A DNA stretch of 64,000 nt from the IMG/VR virus record IMGVR_UViG_3300037067_021792. One strand, given 5' to 3'. The DNA is from a virus (Duplodnaviria; Caudoviricetes). The translations under genes were made by a program, and so were the position numbers. The notes under the pieces are model-generated. The model worked only from the letters and a program-made list of their open reading frames with translations. It ran no database searches and was not told where the DNA came from. Shown in pieces: positions 48,418 through 58,057 of this stretch (its first letter is position 1; each line of letters starts with the position of its first letter).

Positions 48418-51400
48418 TTATGGAAAACATTAATTGCTGTCTGGGACCATATGCAATTTATTCTCCCGATTTTCCAGGAGAGACAGGGCCAGTTTTTGTA
48501 GATACCACAAAAACCAGATTAATATCTATTATATATCACAGTGGTCAATGTATCGTTCCTCCGACAGTTGATGCTAAGGTAGTTCACGAAAAAATAATCA
48601 ATGGGTATACAGCCAGATGGTATGAGTGCCCTAATGATTTTGGCCGAATTTATACTGTAATCCCAACTGCTTGTGACATATCAATTTCCTTATTTGAGAA
48701 TGGTTTTAACAAAATTGGGGAGTGTGATGCCTCAGAATACGGTGTATTTACGTACTGTTTCGGAAAATCTTATATATTAGACACAGACCTAGATAAGTGT
48801 ACTGCTGAATTCATAATAGATGATCATAAGTTTGTTGTAACGGGCACCCCATCGAATACTGATTTGTTCGACTGTAGTAATTGTTGGGGAAACGTGCAAG
48901 TATTTTCCGGTGGAGGTGGCAGTGGTTCTGGACAAAATGCTCTTCCGGATATCCCCGATACAAATGTTCCCAATTATCCTACGCAGAATGTTTTAGCCCC
49001 AACCGGTGATGACACCAACCAATGGAATGATGATTCTATTGGGTCGGCTGATTTAGACGACAACAGTCCGATGGGATGTGTTAAAATTCTAGAAATACAA
49101 AACAATGAGAAATGTGATAGTCTTAATAACCCAGCCATCTCCTCGTCCCCTTGGGGTTCGATTATAGTTGCACATGAAACAAGAAATAGTGATGGAAATA
49201 CCTATATTTCTGCAAAGGCATCTCCACTATTAAGCAATAGACAGATAATTTTTTATAGATACCTTAGTTATGGAACATTGGTAAACAATGAAGACCAGAG
49301 CACAACAAACAGAATTTTTGAAGTATATGAAGATTTGGTTTTAGGATCTAATGTTCCGTCTAAATGGCCACAAATTGAAGATTTGGAAATTGGGTTTATA
49401 ACCGGACCGCTAAAAGGAGAATCTTTATATTTAATTATAGACAAATCTAGAGTTCTAGATAATTTAACCGGAAAATATAAATGGATATTTACATTTAATA
49501 GTGACGGGAATAAAACTATATTCTCAGATTCAAATAATATATATGACATACAGTGGTTTTTGACTGCTCCTTCGGTTTCACAGATGTCTATAAATACCGC
49601 TGATAGTGTTCAATTGATGTCTACGTGCAACTGGTATAAACTATCAGATTATATAACCCCAACCAGTAAAATTGACGAATTTTTAGGGAATAGAATTAAA
49701 GTGAAAGGTGGCTATGGAAATCCAGTACCTGCCTATTATTTGAATGAAATTAAAATGACTATGGAATTTGAAGATCCATCAATTTTGATATACTGGTATG
49801 TAATGAAACAGGTCCAGACTAATCCTGTCAATGATAATTATTTCGAGACAATTGCAGAGATTATTACCCCGTCAGGGCTATATGGATTAGCAGAATACTC
49901 CAGCGGTCAAATTAATGTCAAGCTAGACGCCAGTAACACCTACGCGATAGGTGTTGCGTTTGATTCTGGACGAGGAGATACCGACAATAGGGTGATTGTT
50001 GGATCAAATAATGTTTCATATATGCAAGATTTCGGACCATTCTTACTTGAAGGTAAGTTTGAAACATCCTACATTCCTCCGGTTAATAGCAATAGCTCAG
50101 AATTCGGGCAATGGGATGTGAGCCCGACGACGGGAATGGCTTATAATATGGAGATATGCCTAAGTGAATCTGCTCCGTCTATTCCTGAAACCCCAGGACA
50201 CAATCCAGATAGCGAAATATTTGATTGTTCTACTAAAACATTTCGAATTGCGTCATCTGATGACGGACAAGAAGACAATAATTTATTTGCCGGAAATATT
50301 ATTACACTGAAGGATTGGTCTGATACTTTCTATTTAAAGGAAATAAGACAAAAAATTGAGGTACAGTATCCGGGCCAAAAGTTATATTTTACAGTTCATC
50401 AATACGACCATGCGTCTGGATTTAGTTGTGACCAGTCTCAATCTGCAACTCACACAGAATGCAATCCATTGCTATATAAAGAGATCATTCCCAGCGTGTT
50501 TGGTTCTCCATACTGGTACTCATCTGGAACTATTAATGTCAAATTAGAGCCTCCCGCATCTGGTTCTAGGAGATATATCATCGGTGTTTCTGTGAGATCC
50601 CCAAAAGTAAAATTTTATAAATCAAAAGTAAAACCTGAAGGTGGATATTCAAACATCGCTTTAAGAACATTTTTTGGATCAGTTGCATCAAATGATTACC
50701 ACATAATAGGACCGGTAAACAGAAGATCTTATATCAGAACGACAAGTACTTATGCATTTGCTCAGGAATTTTGTTTAACAAAAACTCAGGGTGGGTCGCT
50801 ATCTAGCTTGCCTGGTTCAATGGATGGGCACGATGGATATATCCCATTCTTACCTATAGATCATATTATATATCGAACTTCATCTAAAACTGGATCTATT
50901 TTTAATAAAATACGTGTCGGATACCCAGCAGAGTTGCGTGGAATTAGAACGATTAAAGAAGTAATTGTGAAATTGAATATCCCAAATGCAACAACAATAT
51001 ATTTTTACCTTGCTGATAGCAGTGGAAAAATTCTTAAATCTCATCCAGTTACAATATCCGAAATTGGAGAACAATATTGTTCTTCTGGTGAGATATCTTG
51101 GTCTGTAGGAAGTGAAAGCTCTGATATTTATTATTGGGTTGGAGTGGGCTATGCGTATTCCAGCTCTGGAGAAATATTTAGCGGTATTTGCGAAGAAACC
51201 AGTTCAAACGTAATGTGGACTCCATTTGGGAATTTAATAGGGGGAGGGTCTAGTTCGAATGTTCCTCCATATCCTGTGGAATCCACCATTTCTATTGGAA
51301 GTCCTGCACTAACTCGTGTGTATGACATCACATTGAGATGGGCAGACGCAAATGGAAATCTCCCACTACAAGGAGCATGCTGCAGTTCTGGTGGATGCCA

Positions 51401-54400
51401 GAATTTATTATCATCCGAGTGCTCAAGTATAAGTGGAGATTGGCAGGGCAGTACAACGAATTGTTATTCATTCAATTGTGGATCTTTAGTCGGGGCTTGC
51501 TGTTTACCAGATGGAACTTGTGTTAATAACAAAACTATCGTAGAATGCGAAAATTTAAATGGTATATGGCAAAATGGCGAGGATTGTGGCAGTGTGGATT
51601 GTGACATAGGTGCATGTTGCTTTAACAATTATAGTTGTTTAAATTTATCCAGTGGAGGATGTTCATCCCAGGGAGGAAATTTTCGCGGCGTGGGAACTAG
51701 TTGTGCGTCCGAAGAATGTGGCACATCTGCATGTTGCTTGTCTGATGAAACGTGTGTTGATATTACTAAAGAGAATTGTGATTCTCAATCAGGTGTATGG
51801 AGATCTGGATATACATGTTCTACGACTAGTTGCGTCCAATCGTTTACGGGTGCATGCTGCTATAACAATGGACAATGCATAAATTCTACAGAAGATGATT
51901 GTTTAAATGTATATCAGGGAAGCTTCCAGGGCATCGGAATATCTTGCGAGGAAATAGTTTGCTCTAAATCTGGCGCTTGCTGTCGGCCCGATAGTTCGTG
52001 TGTATTTACAAGTAAAACTTCCTGTGATCAACAGTCTGGCAGATATTTTGGAGACGGAGTAACATGTGAAAATTCGGATTGCTCCGAACCACATGGGGCG
52101 TGCTGTTTCTCAGATGGAACGTGTAATGATATTCCACTTACTAATTGCATTAATGCTGGGGGTATATATTGGGGAGATAACACTAATTGTGATGATATAT
52201 CAGTAAAATGCCAGGTCTCAACCAACGTCGGAGCGTGTTGCTATAAAGATGGATCATGTTGGCCTTCTACGGAGAATGATTGCAATGAAAGCGATGGGGA
52301 GTTCAAGGGTATAGGGGTATCTTGTGATGATGCCAACTGCAATATTAGGGTATTAGAAAATGACAATGTGTTTGATTTGCCCCAAACAGTATTCCCTGCC
52401 GCGAATCCAGATATAGCAGTATTTAATAACAATCTTATGATCGATCACTCCGAAATATCATATATTACATACCAAGTATATGAAGATAACCAATGGAACA
52501 TCTATCTGAGACAGTTCCGAAGGGTTCTACCAGATAGCACGTCTCCTTCATATGAATCCCCATTTGTATTTAGTAACCCATCATATGATCTTTATCCAAT
52601 TTCTGATAACATAAATGTTATATACGATTTGGTAAATTTATTTACTACCGATGACAATAAATGGAATGCAATTTTTAGGGTCTTTTTAGAAAATGGAAGA
52701 CAGGTTTTAAATTGCGATGGAGATATTAATGGGAACATAGAGCTAGACTCTGGACAAGAAGTGGATTCTGGTAGCGTTTGGGTAGAAGCAAGATATGATA
52801 TGTCAATCTGCTCAATAAATAGTGCACCGAAATGGAGTATAGGAGATAGATTTACCGGGGGACATCCTCCAGTAGCTAGTACATTTGGCGGATCAGACAC
52901 TGACGGTTGTACTGAAATTAATACGTATCCAAATGAGTCTAGATGGTGCTATCAAAAATCCGATTGTGAACAATACGGACTATACGATTCAGGCGTGTGC
53001 CCCACTCCATATATTTCCATAATATATAATCCGTCTGACATGTGGACTATAAGCACCGGGAATGATTTGGTAACCAGAGTCAAATACCAGATGGAGATAG
53101 ATACAGATCCAAGCACTACCCGGTCTTCCTTGGTTGAGCCTGAAGTTGATTTCATGTTTGTCGTAGATTATAGCATTAGTATGAGTGCTAAAATACAAGA
53201 GATTAGGTCAGCTTTGCCGGTTTTATCTCAATCCTTAAAACAATACGGAGTGAATGTCAAGTTTGGATTATGCATATTTTCTGGATCAAATAATTTAGTT
53301 CCAGACTCGATTACGTGCGGCGGGGAAATTTTTGATGGCCTATATGGTTTTAACGGAATTTATGGATTTACAGACAACATTCAAAATATATCAGATGCTA
53401 TGTCTCCATCATCCTGGAAAACATCTGATAACTCATCCGCTGGATATGTCGCAATACAGTATGCGCTAGATGATGCACATTTTTTGTGGAGACCTGATTC
53501 TGGCAAATTCATGTTAATTGCTACTGATACTAAACCAGACGAATACGCAAATGACTGTACTTACTTGAATAATTACAATTCTGCACTCAATGCATTATCA
53601 AACAAGAATTGTAAAATTTATATTGCAGCTTGTCAGTCTGAGACAGATTGTATTGATGATACATCTGATTATTTTGATATGGGAGTTGCATCGGGGTGGA
53701 ATAGTTCATCAATTTGTCCGGATTCTTCCCATCCGACAAACTGCGGATATTTTTATGTTGGCGGACCCTACTATAAAGTATTTGATAACATTGTCAATGA
53801 TATTATTACATCCATATCAAAGCCCAAAATAGTAGAACGAGACATTCCGGGATACTCTGCGACGTTCATTAAACCAGCAGAAATCATAATAACTTATAAA
53901 AATGACCTGACAGACATCTGGACATACGAGAAACATAAGTTGTCCTTTATAGATTCAGCACCTTCTTTATCTGGACACCTTAAGGGATTATCGTCCATGC
54001 CATATGATATCGAGAATGGAATGATCTATGGCGTAGATTCTGTTCATTTGGTAGGAAACACAAACAATTGGGTGTATTTTTCTGGATCTGGAAATGTGGA
54101 ATATGACTATCCTAATGTTGGAGCACCAACAAGAGACCAGTCGAATCCCAGATTGATATTTGAAAATGCTAAAAACCCCAAAATTGCTGTCAACAACAGA
54201 GGCAATGTATTCATTGTCTGCGAAAGCATGAACAGCGGGGTAGAACATATCGTAATTAAAGGCACTGGAGATTTTGCACAACAAACGGTTACTGGCGCTG
54301 ATCTACACAGATCTACTAAATTCTGGAAAACATCTGATTTTGTTTTCGAGCATAACATCACATTGCCAGGAGAAGGGGTAAATCAGCTATGTGACTTAAT

Positions 54401-57400
54401 TATTGACAAGAATGATATCATCCATGTTACATGGCAATCGAATCGCGATGGATACTGGGAAATATATTATGCAAATGGTTACGATTTGTTCAATCCTGTT
54501 CGAATTACAAAATCTGAAAGCAGATCGGCGTTTCCGTCGATAGACATTGATGATTCTGGTAATGTATTCATTGTATATCAAGACAATCGTTATGGCCCTT
54601 ACAACATATTGCTTTCATATAGAAGCAGCGAACGGGTTGTGCCTCTTTTGCAGCAAAATGCATATTTAGGGTCTGTTCGGTCGGGATACTCTCACTACAT
54701 AACCGTATTACCGATTCTTCTTACAAATTTATCTACTCCTGTTTCAACAATTGGTACAATGTGGGGGTCCAGAAGCACCGGATCTATGAGTATGTTGTTT
54801 GGCATATCTCCCGTAACCGGAGTTCTGGGATCAAATGGAGGAGATTCCAGCTACGATATCGTTGCTTTTGCAGGAAAACGATCGGGTGAATTTTATGGTA
54901 TTACTAGGGACGGAACCTTGTTGCTACTTGCCGATTCATATGAAGACCCGTATTTGGCACTTGATTTAACCACAATATCTGAAATAGGACAAATTGTATT
55001 ATCCCCTGATCAGGAAATTTTAGATGCAACTATTGACGAGATTGGTGGTTCCTTGTGGATGTTGATCCATGATTCTACAAATATTATTATTAAACAAGTA
55101 GATGTTTTGTCTGCGAGTGTTTTACGGGAAAGCGTAATATATTATGATGTAGATCGATTAATTGGAGGCATAACTTGCACATCTGATGGAAAATTTTATC
55201 TGTCTAGTTATAGGGACGGTATATCTAAGCTATCTATAAGTGAATATCCATTAATAGGTAATGACATTATAATATTCGATTTCATTGATACCGTTAACTT
55301 TTCTGTTAATATCAAATGTTTAATAACAGATTATAATGACATAGTTTACGGTGTTTCAGATTTACTGGGAATGTATATTGTCAATGAGCATGGCGAAACC
55401 TTGGTCAATTATATGAACAATACTGATGGAGACTTGGAATATATTATTGACAATAGAGATTCAGATAATACCAATGTTATTGGCAGTTGGAAAACTGGAT
55501 CTGCAGCACCCGGAAAATGGAGTATAGATTATAGATTTAAAGACACTATCGACAGACCTATTGGATTTTTCAGGTGGGTGCCGGATTTGCCATATCCGGG
55601 CAAATATAGAGTTTCAGCTTACTTTCCTGGAGGCGGCAATCGGCCTATTGACGCCCCGTTTACTATATATCACTCAGATGGGTCAGATACCATAAGAATG
55701 AATCAAAAACCAGCAACGCCAACATTAGTAGAGCCATGGAGATATTTAGGGTTTTATTCATTTGGTGATGAGTATGGTTCGGGTGGGTATGTTGAGTTAT
55801 CCAACGATACAGATCCAGCACTTGGCTGGAAAGCAGTAATTGCCGATGCCGTGAAGTTCACTCCTGAGATTAGAATCGGGTATCAATTCACCGGTCATAC
55901 GACGAGTGTTGGAAATAGTGGATTTTTTAATACAATTTTGGAATTCTATACAAATAAAAATCTTGTTGGCCAGCCCGACCTGGTGATAGATAGTAGGGTT
56001 CATCGGGAATCTTTCACGATAGAACAATTTCCAGATGATCCATACAAACCCAATGGAGATGGAATATATCTAAAATCTGGTCAATCTGGATATATGTTTT
56101 TTGATGCGTCAAATTATCGTCCCGATGCCAGTAATCTGTCTTACCCATATGTGTTTGTTAATAACCAATCGTATTTTGTAAAAGTAATTATGATAGACCA
56201 GGATGGAAACTCTTCTTACCCTGCTTATCAGAATTCCACGTTTTCTTGTACTAAATGCTCCGTGTATGCTAGTGGAAAATTTGATTTATCCGAGTGTTCG
56301 TATTCTTTTTTAGTTAACAACACCGGATCCGATACTAGATATTTTAATTTTAGAATAAACTTTTATTCTGACGAACTGAAATTGTCTATTGTAAAGTGTT
56401 TTTATTTATCTCCAGGGTCATCGGATATAGGTTACTGCGAGGTAGATAATACCACCGGAGCAAATGAATGGGGAGAGTTCGGTCTTGCGATTAGGTCTGG
56501 CGAATCAAAATTTATTCAAATATATCCATCTCTAGATCCTGCCGGAAAATTTATATGTGGTATAGAATATCCTGTTGATATTTTATTATGCTCATCATCT
56601 GGCTCAGAAGTGTGTTCTAATTTTGGTATTGATCTAGATGTGATAGAAACATATAGCAAATATTACTTTTGTGAATGCTCTAGTGCTATCTTTGATAACA
56701 GACTACTTCATATTAATGAATTAAATCGATGGCATTCTAGCGCCCATGGCTATTCCGACACAAGAATAACCGATACACCTAACAATAATTATCACCCTGT
56801 CATATCTACTAGGTCTAGCGGATCGGCAGTAGTTGTATTTGAAGACCGAAGTTCAATTTCTGAAATTAAAGCTGCCACCTTTAGCCCATCAGACAGTGAA
56901 GATGTGTTTGGGTCTGGAACTCGCGGATGGTTTGATTATAGCACTAACTCGATTGGAGAAAAACCTGCCCTATCAATAGATATGTTTGATAGAGCGAATG
57001 TGGCTTATGAATTTAATAACGCGATATTGCCATTGTCAACCGAATTGCCTAGAAGTGTTATTGATGTGAAAACATGCAAATTTAACGACTTGATTTCTTC
57101 TGGTGATACCTCTGAAAAATGTAACATATCGTCCTTTGAATCCAATGTTATAAGCAATGACCCGTTTATTAATGCAGAAATAGTTAAAAAAATAATAGTT
57201 GAATCTTCCGATGTAGATTATTTTACATACAATTCTTCAGGAGAAGCAGTTGCCGTTATCTCTAAACGTGATGTTGTATTACAAATTTGGGGGACACCGG
57301 AGATTGTGGCAGTTAGAGTCAAAAATGAAAATGAATTATCTTATGGGAATTGGTGTCCGGCATTACCAGAAATTAATTCTTATTTTATTGAAATACAACA

Positions 57401-58043
57401 TAAGTTAAGTCCCGGACCTGGAATTAAAGAAGTTTGTGTACAAGCAATGACATATAATGGCATTACATCGGAATTTTGTGTTCCTATTATCGCCGATTAT
57501 TGTGTGATAGATTTTGAGATAAAATTATATAGCGACAGCAGTTACTCTACTGCTTTGCCTAAATATGATGAATTATATGTTGCTTCTGCAATATCCGAGA
57601 AGGACTTGAAAACCAACTCAAAGTATATTTATATAGAAATAATACCTAGCATTGATACCGAAGAATCAAACGTTAATTACGATGTGATACAACAAGGGTC
57701 CAATGATCAGTATGGGCTGGAAGCCCTAAAAGTAGTTTCGGATGATGGAAAAACCGTATTTAGGGGTAAATTTTTAATATTCTCTGATGACGGGACCTTC
57801 AATAAGGATGGAATTGCAAGGATCCAAGCGAGCATACCAAGTAGTTGTGGAGTAAGATCAGTGTCAGAAGGAACTTTTATTAAAAATTCAATCAATACAG
57901 TATTGTCTGAGTCAAGTGTTGGACCGGATGAATTGTCGCAATATCGGCAGCCAATATCGGGACATATTGGCGTTGGTGTACAAATTAGACCGGATCAAGA
58001 CCCATACTTGATATTTGGTGACATTAATTATTATTTGAAGTAA
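48414..58043 (+). CDS. Giant (3209 aa) paralogous modular protein: three beta-sandwich repeats, eight GACC Cys repeats, VWA, propellers, golvesin/Xly CBD-like domain
   Basis: VDFMFVVDYSISMS (VWA); IHVTWQSNRDG; IIDN...WRYLG.YSF...VIADAVKF (about 55440-55860); C-terminus QDPYLIFGDINYY. Confidence 0.8.
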   Translation: MIMENINCCLGPYAIYSPDFPGETGPVFVDTTKTRLISIIYHSGQCIVPPTVDAKVVHEKIINGYTARWYECPNDFGRIYTVIPTACDISISLFENGFNKIGECDASEYGVFTYCFGKSYILDTDLDKCTAEFIIDDHKFVVTGTPSNTDLFDCSNCWGNVQVFSGGGGSGSGQNALPDIPDTNVPNYPTQNVLAPTGDDTNQWNDDSIGSADLDDNSPMGCVKILEIQNNEKCDSLNNPAISSSPWGSIIVAHETRNSDGNTYISAKASPLLSNRQIIFYRYLSYGTLVNNEDQSTTNRIFEVYEDLVLGSNVPSKWPQIEDLEIGFITGPLKGESLYLIIDKSRVLDNLTGKYKWIFTFNSDGNKTIFSDSNNIYDIQWFLTAPSVSQMSINTADSVQLMSTCNWYKLSDYITPTSKIDEFLGNRIKVKGGYGNPVPAYYLNEIKMTMEFEDPSILIYWYVMKQVQTNPVNDNYFETIAEIITPSGLYGLAEYSSGQINVKLDASNTYAIGVAFDSGRGDTDNRVIVGSNNVSYMQDFGPFLLEGKFETSYIPPVNSNSSEFGQWDVSPTTGMAYNMEICLSESAPSIPETPGHNPDSEIFDCSTKTFRIASSDDGQEDNNLFAGNIITLKDWSDTFYLKEIRQKIEVQYPGQKLYFTVHQYDHASGFSCDQSQSATHTECNPLLYKEIIPSVFGSPYWYSSGTINVKLEPPASGSRRYIIGVSVRSPKVKFYKSKVKPEGGYSNIALRTFFGSVASNDYHIIGPVNRRSYIRTTSTYAFAQEFCLTKTQGGSLSSLPGSMDGHDGYIPFLPIDHIIYRTSSKTGSIFNKIRVGYPAELRGIRTIKEVIVKLNIPNATTIYFYLADSSGKILKSHPVTISEIGEQYCSSGEISWSVGSESSDIYYWVGVGYAYSSSGEIFSGICEETSSNVMWTPFGNLIGGGSSSNVPPYPVESTISIGSPALTRVYDITLRWADANGNLPLQGACCSSGGCQNLLSSECSSISGDWQGSTTNCYSFNCGSLVGACCLPDGTCVNNKTIVECENLNGIWQNGEDCGSVDCDIGACCFNNYSCLNLSSGGCSSQGGNFRGVGTSCASEECGTSACCLSDETCVDITKENCDSQSGVWRSGYTCSTTSCVQSFTGACCYNNGQCINSTEDDCLNVYQGSFQGIGISCEEIVCSKSGACCRPDSSCVFTSKTSCDQQSGRYFGDGVTCENSDCSEPHGACCFSDGTCNDIPLTNCINAGGIYWGDNTNCDDISVKCQVSTNVGACCYKDGSCWPSTENDCNESDGEFKGIGVSCDDANCNIRVLENDNVFDLPQTVFPAANPDIAVFNNNLMIDHSEISYITYQVYEDNQWNIYLRQFRRVLPDSTSPSYESPFVFSNPSYDLYPISDNINVIYDLVNLFTTDDNKWNAIFRVFLENGRQVLNCDGDINGNIELDSGQEVDSGSVWVEARYDMSICSINSAPKWSIGDRFTGGHPPVASTFGGSDTDGCTEINTYPNESRWCYQKSDCEQYGLYDSGVCPTPYISIIYNPSDMWTISTGNDLVTRVKYQMEIDTDPSTTRSSLVEPEVDFMFVVDYSISMSAKIQEIRSALPVLSQSLKQYGVNVKFGLCIFSGSNNLVPDSITCGGEIFDGLYGFNGIYGFTDNIQNISDAMSPSSWKTSDNSSAGYVAIQYALDDAHFLWRPDSGKFMLIATDTKPDEYANDCTYLNNYNSALNALSNKNCKIYIAACQSETDCIDDTSDYFDMGVASGWNSSSICPDSSHPTNCGYFYVGGPYYKVFDNIVNDIITSISKPKIVERDIPGYSATFIKPAEIIITYKNDLTDIWTYEKHKLSFIDSAPSLSGHLKGLSSMPYDIENGMIYGVDSVHLVGNTNNWVYFSGSGNVEYDYPNVGAPTRDQSNPRLIFENAKNPKIAVNNRGNVFIVCESMNSGVEHIVIKGTGDFAQQTVTGADLHRSTKFWKTSDFVFEHNITLPGEGVNQLCDLIIDKNDIIHVTWQSNRDGYWEIYYANGYDLFNPVRITKSESRSAFPSIDIDDSGNVFIVYQDNRYGPYNILLSYRSSERVVPLLQQNAYLGSVRSGYSHYITVLPILLTNLSTPVSTIGTMWGSRSTGSMSMLFGISPVTGVLGSNGGDSSYDIVAFAGKRSGEFYGITRDGTLLLLADSYEDPYLALDLTTISEIGQIVLSPDQEILDATIDEIGGSLWMLIHDSTNIIIKQVDVLSASVLRESVIYYDVDRLIGGITCTSDGKFYLSSYRDGISKLSISEYPLIGNDIIIFDFIDTVNFSVNIKCLITDYNDIVYGVSDLLGMYIVNEHGETLVNYMNNTDGDLEYIIDNRDSDNTNVIGSWKTGSAAPGKWSIDYRFKDTIDRPIGFFRWVPDLPYPGKYRVSAYFPGGGNRPIDAPFTIYHSDGSDTIRMNQKPATPTLVEPWRYLGFYSFGDEYGSGGYVELSNDTDPALGWKAVIADAVKFTPEIRIGYQFTGHTTSVGNSGFFNTILEFYTNKNLVGQPDLVIDSRVHRESFTIEQFPDDPYKPNGDGIYLKSGQSGYMFFDASNYRPDASNLSYPYVFVNNQSYFVKVIMIDQDGNSSYPAYQNSTFSCTKCSVYASGKFDLSECSYSFLVNNTGSDTRYFNFRINFYSDELKLSIVKCFYLSPGSSDIGYCEVDNTTGANEWGEFGLAIRSGESKFIQIYPSLDPAGKFICGIEYPVDILLCSSSGSEVCSNFGIDLDVIETYSKYYFCECSSAIFDNRLLHINELNRWHSSAHGYSDTRITDTPNNNYHPVISTRSSGSAVVVFEDRSSISEIKAATFSPSDSEDVFGSGTRGWFDYSTNSIGEKPALSIDMFDRANVAYEFNNAILPLSTELPRSVIDVKTCKFNDLISSGDTSEKCNISSFESNVISNDPFINAEIVKKIIVESSDVDYFTYNSSGEAVAVISKRDVVLQIWGTPEIVAVRVKNENELSYGNWCPALPEINSYFIEIQHKLSPGPGIKEVCVQAMTYNGITSEFCVPIIADYCVIDFEIKLYSDSSYSTALPKYDELYVASAISEKDLKTNSKYIYIEIIPSIDTEESNVNYDVIQQGSNDQYGLEALKVVSDDGKTVFRGKFLIFSDDGTFNKDGIARIQASIPSSCGVRSVSEGTFIKNSINTVLSESSVGPDELSQYRQPISGHIGVGVQIRPDQDPYLIFGDINYYLK
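51372..52340 (+). repeat. Eight tandem ~40-aa GACC-x4-5-C-x7-8-C...G-x4-5-C-x4-C coding repeats
   Basis: Read directly from the translation: GACCSS, GACCLP, GACCFN, SACCLS, GACCYN, GACCRP, GACCFS, GACCYK. Confidence 0.92.
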
Positions 58044-58057
58044 TTTTAGGAGAAAAT

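Noticed and set aside
51372-52340. CRISPR-like regular repeat
   Set aside because: These are degenerate coding repeats within an ORF, with no identical DNA repeats.
38115-58043. Diversity-generating retroelement TR/VR between the giant paralogues
   Set aside because: Similarity is old protein-level paralogy with synonymous changes; no adenine-specific repeat pair or reverse transcriptase was seen.
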